Shown in pieces: positions 38,876 through 49,576 of a DNA stretch of 64,000 bases. The translations under genes and the position numbers were made by a program. How positions within the stretch are numbered: the first letter of the stretch is position 1; each line of letters starts with the position of its first letter. Source of the DNA: Sulfolobales archaeon (GTDB lineage: Archaea > Thermoproteota > Thermoprotei_A > Sulfolobales > NBVN01); the NCBI GenBank assembly GCA_038844925.1, contig JAWBQY010000001.1:152629-216628 (forward strand), given 5' to 3'. Below the pieces are notes generated by a model. It had not been told where the DNA came from, did no database searches, and saw nothing but the letters and a program-made list of their open reading frames with translations.

Positions 38876-40159
38876 CTAGTAAGTTATATCAATTACATCT
38901 ACTTCCAATATAGTTAAGTCGGAGTTTAAGACCTCCGCCATGTTGGGGTAGGTCCTACCGCCATCACCGTGAACTAATTCCTTCACGTATAGACCGTCAT
39001 CACATTTTACTAACATCTCTATGAGGTGCTCATCGACTAATCTTACCTTAATATCGTAAATCCTCTTTAAATGTACTGTATCATCCCTCCTTCTTAAGAT
39101 CCTTGTTGGGACTTTCTGCCTCACTACCCTGTTAGAGAACTCACGTACTAATAACTCCGCTTCCTCACTACTTAACGGCTTCTTAGAAAGGATTAATAGT
39201 CTGTAGACCTTTAAAGCCTTCTTAGATTTAAACTCCCGTATATACTTAGGCTCAGCATACCTATCAATGAGTAATGTTATTAACTCATTATGTGGTACGC
39301 TCTTAGCGACTTCTTCAATACCTACTCTCTTATCTTTAGCCTGCTTTAACTCGATTACTAGGGGTCTGCCACTACCTAACACCCTAACATCTACGTCCTC
39401 ACGTCCAATGGTGTGGAGTTGGAGTTCTTCAGCATCGAATAACTTAATGAGAGGTTCTACTACGTCCTCAACAGCTATAGGGTATTTTCTAACACCGTCT
39501 TTAGAGACCCACCTCACCTGTGAAACCCTCCTACCTAATTTAACGTACCTACATAAGATATACGTAGGTGTAGGGATGATCCTCACATCTAACGTGTCTA
39601 AGTCAACTAGGACTGATACGTCTGGATACCTAAATTCTGGTTCGATATTTAGTAATGCCTTAACTTTCTTACCTAGCTCCCTCTTCAACTCTCTCCTAAT
39701 ACTTTCCCAAGAATCTAAGTTAAACTCTGTTATTATTTCAAGCTCCCTCCTCTCCATCTCAGACCCCTTGCGAACACTAATTATGAAGTTTCTGACCTTA
39801 AACCTATCCAACTCTGAAATTATATCCTGTACGAGCTTGCTAATTACTTCTTCAATCTTATTGGAACATATGTAACATTTACTCCCACGTGGTGTGGTAC
39901 CTGAATACCTACTTATGAGTTGTGGCATCACCCCCACATTACTGGATATCCCCTTCAGCAGGCTTAGGTTTCCGACATCGTTAGTAATTAATCTATGCAG
40001 TTCCATTAAGAGTAAGACCTTTATAGCATTACCCCTTGTTATATTACTTAAGCCTAAGCCGTACTTCGCGAATAACCTACCTAAACACCTACTGCAGAGA
40101 GGGTATTTACGCAGTATTTCAACTGCCTTAGAGATGATTTCACAATCTAACCTACTCAT
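38876..40159 (-). CDS. pus10: tRNA pseudouridine synthase Pus10
   Basis: 427 aa. It has an N-terminal Zn-binding CSRCLGR...CYICSNK, a THUMP-like region and a catalytic domain (GREDVDVRVLGSGRP). Confidence 0.8.
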   Translation of the reverse strand: MSRLDCEIISKAVEILRKYPLCSRCLGRLFAKYGLGLSNITRGNAIKVLLLMELHRLITNDVGNLSLLKGISSNVGVMPQLISRYSGTTPRGSKCYICSNKIEEVISKLVQDIISELDRFKVRNFIISVRKGSEMERRELEIITEFNLDSWESIRRELKRELGKKVKALLNIEPEFRYPDVSVLVDLDTLDVRIIPTPTYILCRYVKLGRRVSQVRWVSKDGVRKYPIAVEDVVEPLIKLFDAEELQLHTIGREDVDVRVLGSGRPLVIELKQAKDKRVGIEEVAKSVPHNELITLLIDRYAEPKYIREFKSKKALKVYRLLILSKKPLSSEEAELLVREFSNRVVRQKVPTRILRRRDDTVHLKRIYDIKVRLVDEHLIEMLVKCDDGLYVKELVHGDGGRTYPNMAEVLNSDLTILEVDVIDITY

Positions 40160-41513
40160 ACTTCAATCCTTCAGCTCCTAACCTACTTAGAAGGCCTTTC
40201 TTCCTCCTTAAATCCTTAATTAAACGTTTTAACTGTTCGTAGTATTTTATGAGTTCTTCAACATCGCTTACTGACGTTCCAGAACCCATGGCAATTCTCT
40301 TCATCCTCCTCCTATCAATCAATGAGGGATTGTCTAACTCTTCGTAGGTCATGGACTCAATTATGTGAATCCACTTTTTAATCTTACTCTCAGATAGCTT
40401 TATCTGATCGTCTGAAAGTACGGGCATTAACGAGAAACCAGGTATCATCTCTAGAACCTTCCTTAGAGGTCCTAACTTCCTTAAGGACTGAAGCTGTAGG
40501 TAGATGTCTCTTAAGCTAATCTTACCAGTAGTTACTATCTTCTCAATACGTTTCTCAACTTCCCTACTCTCCTCCAACAATTCAAACTTCTTCAATAGTG
40601 ATTCGAGGTCGCCTAAGCCTAACAACCTACTTACGAACTTCCTAGGATTAAAAACATCTATATCTTCTAACTTCTCACCATCGCATACGAATTTAATCTT
40701 AGCCCCTGTAGCTACTACTGCAGAAATCGCGCCCCCACCCTTAGCAGTGCCGTCTAGCTTAGTAACTATTATAGAACCTATTGGCGTGTATTCGTGGAAC
40801 TTTCTAGCTAGGTCGTACGCTTTCTGACCGATATATGCGTCAATGACTAATAAGACTTCGTCCGGCCTTATAGCCTCAGCTAATTCCCTCATCTCCTCAA
40901 GTAGTTTCTCCTCACTACCATAGCCATGCCTACCAGCAGTATCTACAATAATTACGTTGCATTTGAAGTCATTGATCAATTTATTAATTCCCTCCCTAGC
41001 GATGATGACCGGATTGTTAGCTGTTCTCTCCCCGTAGAAGGGGACTCCAACACTCATGCTTATCTGTAGTAATTGTTCATAAGCAGCAGGTCTGTAAGTA
41101 TCCGTAGTTAGCAATCCAGGCTTATAACCTATTCTCTTATAGTAGAGAGCTAACTTACCAGCAGTAGTGGTCTTACCCGAACCTTGAATACCTACTAACA
41201 TAATTATGTAGGGGGTTTTACCCGGTATTACTTGAGCCTCCCCCTCACCCCCAAATAACTTAACGAATTTATCGTAAACTATCTTAATGAACCACTCACG
41301 CCTTAAAACACCTGGCGGTGGTTCAGACTTTAACGCCTCCTCACGAATCTCCTTAGTAAACTCGAAGACTAACTTAACGTTTAAATCAGCTTTAATTAAG
41401 ACCTTCTGAAGCTCCTTAATAAACTCATCAACACTCCTCTCATATGGCTCACTACCTTTTAAGAAAGAAGTAACTAAACTTTTTAATGTTTCTAAACCCT
41501 TCATTAAATTCAC
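40152..41513 (-). CDS. srp54: Signal recognition particle 54-kDa protein
   Basis: 453 aa with N/G domains ([20 protein letters not shown]) and a Met-rich M domain. Confidence 0.95.
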   Translation of the reverse strand: MNLMKGLETLKSLVTSFLKGSEPYERSVDEFIKELQKVLIKADLNVKLVFEFTKEIREEALKSEPPPGVLRREWFIKIVYDKFVKLFGGEGEAQVIPGKTPYIIMLVGIQGSGKTTTAGKLALYYKRIGYKPGLLTTDTYRPAAYEQLLQISMSVGVPFYGERTANNPVIIAREGINKLINDFKCNVIIVDTAGRHGYGSEEKLLEEMRELAEAIRPDEVLLVIDAYIGQKAYDLARKFHEYTPIGSIIVTKLDGTAKGGGAISAVVATGAKIKFVCDGEKLEDIDVFNPRKFVSRLLGLGDLESLLKKFELLEESREVEKRIEKIVTTGKISLRDIYLQLQSLRKLGPLRKVLEMIPGFSLMPVLSDDQIKLSESKIKKWIHIIESMTYEELDNPSLIDRRRMKRIAMGSGTSVSDVEELIKYYEQLKRLIKDLRRKKGLLSRLGAEGLKYE

Positions 41514-41902
41514 TTAGTTCTTACTATCTTCCTCCTACCCATAATACTCCAATACTCAACCTCAACCCCGGGAGCTAACCTACTGGCTAAATCATCTGAA
41601 GGTAGCTCAGTTTCGAAGGTCTCATAACTTTCTAAGTCCATTAACTGTACGGTATTGCCAGTAATTGCAATTACCTGGGCTGACCTCTTATCAATTATTG
41701 GTACCTCAACCTTTTGGTCTACAGGTGCGACTAAAGTCTTCTTACCGCCTGTGAACACACCTATAGCTACAACATGTGCTTTAGCACTACCATGCTTACC
41801 GGTCTTAGCCCTACTAATCTCTACTATGCGGCAAGGCTCTCCATCTATTACTATAAAACTCCCTTCACGTAATTCACCTAATTCAGCATACGTAGTACTC
41901 AT
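41510..41902 (-). CDS. eif5a: Translation initiation factor 5A (aIF5A)
   Basis: 130 aa. The [12 protein letters not shown] hypusine-site loop is present. Confidence 0.9.
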   Translation of the reverse strand: MSTTYAELGELREGSFIVIDGEPCRIVEISRAKTGKHGSAKAHVVAIGVFTGGKKTLVAPVDQKVEVPIIDKRSAQVIAITGNTVQLMDLESYETFETELPSDDLASRLAPGVEVEYWSIMGRRKIVRTK

Positions 41903-42038
41903 TAACTAACACCTTCCATACTATTACTTAAAAGACTTTTAAAGCTCTTTTCTAACATTATTCAATCCTAGAGTATGGAGCCTTCAACTATAAAAAAGGT
42001 TATTAGGGCCTAATACTTAAATTATTAGGCTATACCTT

Positions 42039-43904
42039 ATGTTACGTGGTTATTCATTTAGAATGCTTAAGGTTGATCTCACCACCCGCAGTATTGTTAA
42101 GGAGGAAATCCCAGAGCAGTATATGAGGGAGTACATAGGGGGCTTAGGCTTAGGTGCCCGCCTATATTACGAATTAGTTCCCCCAAACGCAGAGCCTTTA
42201 AGCCCTGATAACGTTGTCTTCCTTATGACCGGGCCCGTTCAGGGTACCTTAATCCCGGGTGCTGGTAGGGGTCTCTTCATATCTAAGTCACCGCTTACTA
42301 ATAGGTTCTTCAGCTCTAACTTCGGCGGCTATCTAACAAGGGAGTTAAAAGAGGCTGGATATGACTGCGTGGTAATAACCGGTAAGTCTAACGAACCGCT
42401 CTACCTAGTAATCGATGATGATGTGGTGGAGCTTAGAAGTGCTTCTAAGCTATGGGGTATGAAGACGTATGAAGTACAGATGGAAATTAAGGAGGTGTTA
42501 GGTGATCCGAAGTTCCAAGTCGCATGCATAGGGCCTGCTGGGGAAAACCTAGTTAGGATATCTGCCATAATCCACGACATACATGCGGCTGGGCGTGGCG
42601 GTATAGCAGCTGTATTAGGCTATAAGAAGTTGAAGGCTATAGCAGTACGTGGTAGTAAGAGGGTTGAGGTAGCCTACCCTGATGAGGTTCTCAACTTCTT
42701 CAGGGAGATTGCTAGGAAGGCTAGAAACCACCCATTCCTAGTTAGGTATGGAACCACAGCTGTTATGGAAACTGTTAACAAGTTAGGTGGTTTGGGAACT
42801 AGGAACTGGCAGTCAGAAGTGTTTGAAGGTGCTAGTAAGATAAGTGGCCAGACGACCATACCTAAGTATAAGGTTAAAGACTACGCATGTCATTCCTGCC
42901 CTATCGGTTGTGTTAAAATCCAGGAAATACGTGAGGGAAAGTACGCAGGTATTTGGGCTAAAGGACCTGAATATGAGACCCTCTACGCTTTAGGCTCGTT
43001 AACAGGTGTTGATGACTTCCCAAGCATAGTTGCGGCCTCGAGGAATTGCGATGAATTAGGACTTGACACCATATCCACCGGTGTTGTAATAGCGTTTGCT
43101 ATGGAGGCATACGAGAAAGGAATTCTGAGTAGGGAGGAGTGTGACGGTTTAGAACTTAAGTTTGGGAACGCTGATGCTATGGTAGAGTTAATTGGGAGGA
43201 TAGGCTATAGGAGGGGCTGGTTAGGAAATCTACTGGCTGAAGGCGTTGCTAGAGCTTCTAGCATTATTGGCTGCGGCTCTCAGACATTCGCCATGCACTT
43301 CAAGGGGTTGGAACTAGCTGGCCACTCACCTAGAGCTGTTAAGGCATGGACGTTAGGGTACTCAGTTGGTTGGAGAGGTGGTTCACACCATGATGCAAGA
43401 CCACATGATATAGAGTACGCTAATCCAGTCGAGGTTAGGGCGTTCTCAACTGATGGGAAGCCGGAATTAATACGTGACACTACTTTAAGAGTTATGATTG
43501 AGGAGAGTTTAATAACATGTAGGTTCTTCGGAGGTTACTATGGGGTGAGGTTGCCTACCGAGGTTCATAGCAAGATAGTTAGGATGGTTACTGGGTGGGA
43601 GCCTACAGTTAATGAACTCAACGTAATTGCTGAAAGGATTAGGACCTTAATTAGAGTTTTAGAGGTTAGGGAAGGATTTGACAGTATAGCTGATAGAAAC
43701 CCGCCTCCGAGAGTTCTCTTCGAACCAATACCTGAAGGACCGTCGAAGGGTGCACGCACAACTCCCAGCGAGTTTAAGTCAATGTTGAAGAGGTTCTACG
43801 AACTGATGGGTTGGGATGTTGAGAGCGGTATCCCTAAGGAGGAAAAACTTAGAGAGCTAGGATTAGACTTCACATTAACCTATATTAAAGGTAGGAAGGC
43901 GTAA
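42039..43904 (+). CDS. aor: Aldehyde:ferredoxin oxidoreductase family tungstoenzyme
   Basis: 621 aa. It has the AOR N-terminal domain (MLKVDLTTRSI...YIGGLGLGARL) and CHSCPIGC cluster ligands. Confidence 0.85.
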   Translation: MLRGYSFRMLKVDLTTRSIVKEEIPEQYMREYIGGLGLGARLYYELVPPNAEPLSPDNVVFLMTGPVQGTLIPGAGRGLFISKSPLTNRFFSSNFGGYLTRELKEAGYDCVVITGKSNEPLYLVIDDDVVELRSASKLWGMKTYEVQMEIKEVLGDPKFQVACIGPAGENLVRISAIIHDIHAAGRGGIAAVLGYKKLKAIAVRGSKRVEVAYPDEVLNFFREIARKARNHPFLVRYGTTAVMETVNKLGGLGTRNWQSEVFEGASKISGQTTIPKYKVKDYACHSCPIGCVKIQEIREGKYAGIWAKGPEYETLYALGSLTGVDDFPSIVAASRNCDELGLDTISTGVVIAFAMEAYEKGILSREECDGLELKFGNADAMVELIGRIGYRRGWLGNLLAEGVARASSIIGCGSQTFAMHFKGLELAGHSPRAVKAWTLGYSVGWRGGSHHDARPHDIEYANPVEVRAFSTDGKPELIRDTTLRVMIEESLITCRFFGGYYGVRLPTEVHSKIVRMVTGWEPTVNELNVIAERIRTLIRVLEVREGFDSIADRNPPPRVLFEPIPEGPSKGARTTPSEFKSMLKRFYELMGWDVESGIPKEEKLRELGLDFTLTYIKGRKA

Positions 43905-44192
43905 ATGTCTAAGATAGTAGTTGAATACTTACTTAGGTTTAAGGACTTAGTAGGTAAGGATAGAGATGAGATCGTAGTGGGTAGGGAAACCACCATTAAA
44001 GACCTCATAGACATGTTGGGGATGACGTATGGCGAGGAGTTTAGACAAGAGTTTCGAAATCCTAGTGGTGATGAGGTAGGTGGCAGGGTACTCATAATAG
44101 TAAATGATAAAGTACTAACAGATAAAGACTTAGATATGAAATTAAGGGATGGTGATGTAGTAGTCTTAACTTACGTGGTATTCGGCGGTTGA
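43905..44192 (+). CDS. MoaD/ThiS-type ubiquitin-like small protein ending in GG
   Basis: 95 aa ending ...LTYVVFGG. The ATG directly abuts the aor stop. Confidence 0.6.
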   Translation: MSKIVVEYLLRFKDLVGKDRDEIVVGRETTIKDLIDMLGMTYGEEFRQEFRNPSGDEVGGRVLIIVNDKVLTDKDLDMKLRDGDVVVLTYVVFGG

Positions 44193-44198
44193 GGACCT

Positions 44199-46067
44199 TT
44201 GTGCGGCATTATAGGTATAGTGCTTCAGGAAAGGGGCTTACTTTCAAAACCTCTTGGAAGAGTAATTAGGGAATGTCTTAAGAACTTAGAGTATAGGGGG
44301 TATGACTCGGTAGGATTTGCCATACTATCAGATGATGGCTTAATTATTAGGAAGAGTAAGGGTAAGATAGATGAGGTAGTCCTTAAATTATCATTCGATG
44401 AGTTCGACGGGACGTGCGGTATAGGACATACTAGGTGGGCTACGCATGGAAGACCGAGCGATGTTAACGCACACCCACATACGGATTGTGAGGGTAGGAT
44501 AGCTGTAGTACATAATGGAATTATTGAAAACTACCTTGTGATAAGGGAGTTATTAATTGGGAGGGGTCACGAATTTAAGAGTGAGACTGATACTGAGGTA
44601 GTGGCTCATCTGATAGAAGATTATAAGAGGTTAGGCTTCAAACCATATGAAGCGTTTAAGAAGGCTGTATCGCTCTTAAAGGGCTCTTACGCGTTATCAG
44701 TCATAGATTTAGATGAGCCCGGTAAGATCTTCTTTGCACGGAATACTTCACCGCTAGTCATAGGATTGGGCAGCAATGTTAAGTTTGTTTCTAGTGATAT
44801 ACCAGCGTTCTTAGACTACAGTAGGAACGTAATCGTACTTCAGGATGACGAGGTTGGTTACATATCTAAGGATTCAGTAATTATTGAGAAGCTAGTTGAT
44901 AAGAACTACGAATTTGATAGTAAGTTACCGAAGACTGAGTTGGTCGACCATTCCTTAAGAATTAGATATATTGATTGGACTCCCGAAATGGCTAAGAAGG
45001 GTGGCTACCCGCACTTCATGCTTAAGGAAATTCATGAGCAACCGCAAGCTGTAGCTAATACTATAACCTCAATTTCGAATGAGTTGGAAGACATTGTTAA
45101 GCTGATTTCGAAGGCAGATAGGGTGTTAATAGTTGGTTCTGGTACTAGCTACCATGCATCACTTATCGGTAGTTTACTGTTTAATGAGATGGCTAATATT
45201 AAAGCACATGCTATAATCTCATCTGAGATGAGGTGGTTTGTAAATAGCGTTGATGATGAAGACGTAGTCATAGCTGTGAGTCAGTCGGGTGAGACTATAG
45301 ACACCCTCCTAGCAGCTCGTGAAGTTAGGAGGAGAGGAGCTCTGACCATTGCGTTAACAAACGTTATTGATAGTGCTTTGGCTAGGGAGTCACATCTAAG
45401 TATATATACTAGGGCTGGCCCTGAAATAGGTGTAGCAGCAACTAAGACCTTCACATCTCAAGTAGTCACCCTCACATACATAGCTATTAAACTGGCTGAG
45501 AGGTTGCAGACTATTCCTGAGGGAAGGCTATCCGATCTGAAGTCAGAGTTCCGCGAACTTCCTAGTATTATGTCAGCAGTCGTATCGGTTAGCGAACCTA
45601 AGGCTAGAACTCTCTCAAGTCTTATCAGTATGAGACAGAGCATGTATTACTTAGGTAGGGGTTTAGGACTGCCAACATCTATGGAAGGTGCTCTAAAGCT
45701 TAAGGAAGTAGCGTACATCCATGCTGAAGCATACCCTGCTGGGGAGAGTAAGCACGGACCTATAGCATTAGTTGATGAGGAATTCCCAGTAGCTTTCACG
45801 ATCTTAGGTGATGAAGCCGACTTAATACTTAGCAATGTTGAGGAAATGCGGGCTAGAGGTGCTTGGACCCTAGCTGTGATGCCTAAAGGATTTGATAAAA
45901 TATATAAGTACTTTAACTACGTGTTCGAGCTTCGCCGCCTGCCTCATGAGCTAGCCCCTGCTGCGTATATAGTACCCTACCAGTTGATAGCTTATTACAG
46001 TGCTGTTGCTAGGGGGTACGATCCGGACAAGCCTAGAAATCTAGCTAAAACTGTTACTGTAGTGTAG
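44199..46067 (+). CDS. glmS: Glutamine--fructose-6-phosphate aminotransferase
   Basis: 622 aa. A TTG start is followed by CGIIGI (Cys nucleophile), and two SIS domains end in ...LAKTVTVV. Confidence 0.95.
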   Translation: MCGIIGIVLQERGLLSKPLGRVIRECLKNLEYRGYDSVGFAILSDDGLIIRKSKGKIDEVVLKLSFDEFDGTCGIGHTRWATHGRPSDVNAHPHTDCEGRIAVVHNGIIENYLVIRELLIGRGHEFKSETDTEVVAHLIEDYKRLGFKPYEAFKKAVSLLKGSYALSVIDLDEPGKIFFARNTSPLVIGLGSNVKFVSSDIPAFLDYSRNVIVLQDDEVGYISKDSVIIEKLVDKNYEFDSKLPKTELVDHSLRIRYIDWTPEMAKKGGYPHFMLKEIHEQPQAVANTITSISNELEDIVKLISKADRVLIVGSGTSYHASLIGSLLFNEMANIKAHAIISSEMRWFVNSVDDEDVVIAVSQSGETIDTLLAAREVRRRGALTIALTNVIDSALARESHLSIYTRAGPEIGVAATKTFTSQVVTLTYIAIKLAERLQTIPEGRLSDLKSEFRELPSIMSAVVSVSEPKARTLSSLISMRQSMYYLGRGLGLPTSMEGALKLKEVAYIHAEAYPAGESKHGPIALVDEEFPVAFTILGDEADLILSNVEEMRARGAWTLAVMPKGFDKIYKYFNYVFELRRLPHELAPAAYIVPYQLIAYYSAVARGYDPDKPRNLAKTVTVV

Positions 46068-46079
46068 TAGGTTGAGATT

Positions 46080-47240
46080 ATGAAGCGGGCAATAGTATTA
46101 GTAGGGGGTATGGGGAGTGGGGTTAAAGCCATAAGTGGTGGGGCACCTAAAGCACTACTTAAAGTTGCTGGTAAGTCAGTTATTGAGAGGATTATTGAGA
46201 ACTTACTAGTATGTGGTTTGAGGGAGGTTGTCTTAGTTTCAGACCAACCAACCCTTTTTGAGGATGTAACTGTTAAGTACGGTGATGTAATTGACGTACA
46301 GGTCGTTAAGCAGGTGGGTAGTGGTATTAGAGATGCTATACTATCGGCCAGGGATATGGTTAGTAGTGCCTCCCTCCTCATCTACGGTGATACGTTAGTC
46401 CCTCACGAAGCGTACAGAATGGTTATAAATGCATACATAACTTATGGCAGGCCAGTAATCTTAGTAGTACCTGAGGAGGATGTGAAGTTATATGGCGCTG
46501 TATTAATTGGTGAGGGTAATAGGGTAAGTGACTTCATAGAGAAGCCAAGTACTGATATAGATGGTGCGTATGCGTACGGCGGCGTAGCAGTATTCGATAA
46601 GGAATTAGTTGAGACTTTAGAGGAGTCCTCAAACGTTGATGAGGGAATTAGAAAGTACGTAAGTAGGAAGGCTTTGAAGGCAGCCATCTGGAGTGGTTGG
46701 TGGGTTGATATAGGCTTTCCCTGGGACATACTTAAAGCTAATTACTACGTACTAAACGAATTAGATGGTATTAAGATATCCTCTAAGGCCTCAATAGCTT
46801 CAACAGCGGTAGTTAAGGGGCCTCTCATAATAGAAGATGAGGTAGTAGTAGACCACTACACAGTCCTTGAAGGCCCTCTATTCATAGGCCGTGGCTCAGA
46901 GATAAGCCCGTACACATTAATAAGTAAGTACAGCTCACTAGAAGAATTAACGTATATCGACACATATTCAGAGGTATTCTGGAGTTCCATACAACCTAAA
47001 GTAGTAGTCGGAAGTAACTCGCACATATACTTAACAGTAATAGGTAGTGAGGCAGTAATAGAGGGCAACGTAGTGACAGCTGCAGATCTAAGGAAGGACT
47101 TAATATTAAGAGCTGTGAGCAGTAAAAGTATAACATTAAGTAAAGCACTATTAAACATCATCAAATCAAGCTCATCTATAGGAAGTAAAACCAGAGTCAG
47201 AGCCGGAACTATAATGAGAATGAATATGTCAAGCCATTAA
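46080..47240 (+). CDS. Sugar-1-phosphate nucleotidyltransferase with a left-handed beta-helix domain (GlmU-like)
   Basis: 386 aa. It has the N-terminal AIVLVGGMGSG...PKALLKVAGK motif and C-terminal hexapeptide-like repeats. It is adjacent to glmS. Confidence 0.7.
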   Translation: MKRAIVLVGGMGSGVKAISGGAPKALLKVAGKSVIERIIENLLVCGLREVVLVSDQPTLFEDVTVKYGDVIDVQVVKQVGSGIRDAILSARDMVSSASLLIYGDTLVPHEAYRMVINAYITYGRPVILVVPEEDVKLYGAVLIGEGNRVSDFIEKPSTDIDGAYAYGGVAVFDKELVETLEESSNVDEGIRKYVSRKALKAAIWSGWWVDIGFPWDILKANYYVLNELDGIKISSKASIASTAVVKGPLIIEDEVVVDHYTVLEGPLFIGRGSEISPYTLISKYSSLEELTYIDTYSEVFWSSIQPKVVVGSNSHIYLTVIGSEAVIEGNVVTAADLRKDLILRAVSSKSITLSKALLNIIKSSSSIGSKTRVRAGTIMRMNMSSH

Positions 47241-47643
47241 ATGAGCTCCTAATTTCTCGATAGATTATTTCCATATATTCACATTCTTTGGTGTTGGTCC
47301 TCCAGCTATTCACTCCTTAACAACCTCCTCAAGACCTCCTACTGCAGTATTTCTAATTCATTTCCAGAGCTTCACAGCCCTACGGCTCTCACAACTCAGA
47401 AACCATCGAAAAGAAAAGTGGCCTCAATCTAATTACCTAATGTTTTCCTCACTCCCGATAAACAATGTACGTAAAATATTCTAGCAGAGTATTTCTTTCG
47501 CCACCGCTACGATTCGGCAGATTTGACCTAAGAAGGGGTGACATAGTTTAAGACCTATGAGGAGGTGTAATTATAAACCATCACAAGGTTTTAAACCAGT
47601 AAATGATGGCCCCCATTGGCGCCTACCGCACAACCTATGGTTG

Positions 47644-47740
47644 TGTCGCGGCCGGGATTTGAACCCGGGTCATGGGCTCTCTACACCCAAGGTCGGTGTT
47701 CGACAGGCCCACATACTAGGCCGGGCTATACTACCGCGGC
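47644..47740 (-). tRNA. tRNA-Asp (anticodon GTC) with a 22-nt intron at 37/38 (47679-47700)
   Basis: Hand fold: anticodon stem TGGGC/GCCCA, loop CTGTCG[intron]A, variable TGAC, T arm CCGGG-TTCAAAT-CCCGG. The intron CGAC pairs with GUCG of the anticodon loop. The acceptor stem GCCGCGG/CCGCGAC has one C2-A71 mismatch. No CCA is encoded. Confidence 0.8.
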
Positions 47741-48242
47741 ACTCGGGGGCCTACACACTAAAATAATTTCTAGCTTATAAATTTTACAACCATTCTATTC
47801 ATCCATTATGGGATAGCATATTTTAACTTAAATTTGACGGGTAATTCATTCAAATACTATAGTATCCTCCAGCCAGTTTTTCTTAGGTACTTTTAACTAT
47901 AGCTAACCATCACTACACGTTAATCAGCATCGTACTAAGTCCGTGGAGCCGCTAGGACGTGCTCTAATCATGCGTCCAGACCCTTAATATTTCGTTAAGG
48001 ATACATTGCCTAAACCCCATATCTTGCCTACTACGAGTTGAAGTGTATCATAATAGAGTTCCAGGAACTCGACCTATTATAATCACGGCCATCCTCAGAG
48101 AGCCCTCATCCTGAGCATTTTTAACTAGCTCTTTCTCCTGCATCGGGTACTCCCATGTCTGGAACGGAAGAGATATGCTTACAAGCCTTTCTATAGGGTT
48201 TACTTATAGATGATGACGTGATCAGCAAGTTCTACTTTATCA

Positions 48243-48363
48243 GGGTGTAGCGTGATAAGGTATAGGTACGGAACACCGGTACTCTACCCGCTAGAGAAAG
48301 ACGAGGAGAAGATAAGAGACCCCCATGGGAAAAGTCTACATAGCAATCATAACCGAAGAATAA
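48243..48363 (+). pseudogene. Frameshifted, start-less homologue of the 47-aa small ORF at 11818-11961
   Basis: The translation ...CSVIRYRYGTPVLYPLEKDEEKIRDPHGK then shifts frame to VYIAIITEE*. This compares with CSVIKYRRGDYVLYPLGRDKEKIKHLHGKEVYTLIITEE*. An in-frame TGA lies upstream. Confidence 0.5.
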
Positions 48364-48450
48364 CACCAACTAAAGTAAACCACTATAAAACCTGAAACGG
48401 CTGCTGGATAGCTAAGGTATAACCCACTTCGGAATGCTTACGACGACCTA

Positions 48451-48546
48451 GGGTGGGAGACAATCATACTACTTCTACAAAGTTGCCTACACTGGGGTAG
48501 GAAGAGGTTCATTTATGTAGGTCTGTGTGAGAAGTTGGAGGAGTCG
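48451..48546 (+). mobile_element. Decayed SSV-type integrase N-terminal fragment reading into tRNA-Val(GAC)
   Basis: GRQSYYFYKVAYTG, then a 1-nt deletion, then GRKRFIYVGLCEKLEE continuing antisense into the tRNA. It is homologous to the intN at 6240-6422 (39 of 41 nt identical next to the tRNA). Confidence 0.55.
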
Positions 48547-48623
48547 TGGTGGGCCCGCGGGGATTCGAACCCCGGACCTCCGCCGCGTCAGGGCGGCGTC
48601 CTAACCAGCTAGACGACGGGCCC
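48547..48623 (-). tRNA. tRNA-Val (anticodon GAC), CCA encoded, no intron
   Basis: The reverse complement folds as GGGCCCG...CTGACGC loop...CCGGGG-TTCGAAT-CCCCG...CGGGCCC-A-CCA. It differs from the Val-CAC gene at the anticodon and at one compensated T-stem pair. Confidence 0.9.
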
Positions 48624-48804
48624 CTACTGACACTACCACCCCCAGCTTTTATACTTTTTATTACGGAGTTCTGTTGCGGAGCCTAATAAAATATGTATGG
48701 GGTGTTTAATTTCTTGTGGTTGTGGTTTGTCTCAGGCTTTCAGCTAGGATTAATGTTACAGTAATTTGATGTTGTTTTAGTAAATAAAATAAGTTAAATA
48801 GAGG

Positions 48805-49575
48805 ATGTTAATTAGAATACTTGGGTATGTTATGAGGGGAGGTCTTCTTTACTGGTCCGGTTGTACTACTTCGTATTTAATTCCTAAGTTGTCTGATGAG
48901 ATGAGCGTGATGTTAAGTAGGGTAGGTGTGGATTTTAAGTCTCTGGGGGGTGGGGAGAAGTGTTGTGGGTATCCGCTAGTATTGCTTGGTGATTATGAAT
49001 CCTTTTCCGCTCTTGCTAATGAGGTAGTAGGATTAATCAGTGCTGAAGGGTTTGAAGTCGTCATTACTAATTGTCCTGGGTGTTATAGGTGTTTTACAGA
49101 GTTTTACCCTAAGGTTTTAGGTCGAAGTCCGTTTAAGGTTATGCATTCAACTCAAGTAATTTATGACGCAATTAGGAATGGTAGGCTTAAGTTTAAAGGT
49201 AGTGCTAATCTACGCGTAACCTACCACGACCCATGCGACCTTGGCAGGCATTCAGGTATTTACGACATACCTAGAAGTATTCTAACATCTATACCTGGGG
49301 TAGAACTCATTGAGATGAGTAGGAGTAGGGAGCACTCAAGATGTTGCGGTGCTGGAGGAGTTTTAAGACTTTCAATACCTCAACTCTCCACGCAGATCGC
49401 AGTTACTAGAATTAAAGATGATGTATCACCACTAAACGTCGACGCTATCATTACCGCATGCCCCACATGCGTTAAAAATCTAAGAGACGGTGTCTCAATA
49501 AGTGAACTACTCTACGGTACTAAAAGCTTTCAGGTATTAGACATTGTTGAGTTAGTAAATATGTTAGCAGAGTGA
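48805..49575 (+). CDS. lutA: CCG-domain Fe-S oxidoreductase (LutA/GlcF C-terminal/HdrB-like)
   Basis: 256 aa with two cysteine-rich CCG-type motifs (CCGYPL...CPGC and CCGAGG...CPTC). Confidence 0.6.
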   Translation: MLIRILGYVMRGGLLYWSGCTTSYLIPKLSDEMSVMLSRVGVDFKSLGGGEKCCGYPLVLLGDYESFSALANEVVGLISAEGFEVVITNCPGCYRCFTEFYPKVLGRSPFKVMHSTQVIYDAIRNGRLKFKGSANLRVTYHDPCDLGRHSGIYDIPRSILTSIPGVELIEMSRSREHSRCCGAGGVLRLSIPQLSTQIAVTRIKDDVSPLNVDAIITACPTCVKNLRDGVSISELLYGTKSFQVLDIVELVNMLAE

Positions 49576-49576
49576 G

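Noticed and set aside
39267-39875. A 202-aa ORF antisense to pus10. Many similar track ORFs lie antisense to confident genes (for example 551-889, 4686-4913, 7654-7893, 9007-9261, 18604-18837, 28603-29073, 31078-31560, 36246-36518, 40504-40827, 45458-46381, 46442-47164, 51738-52316, 61660-61875).
   Set aside because: Each lies entirely inside a longer ORF on the other strand that has clear family motifs. Their products are low-complexity (Ser/Leu/Thr/Pro-rich) with no recognisable domains. They are the expected shadow ORFs of purine-rich coding strands.
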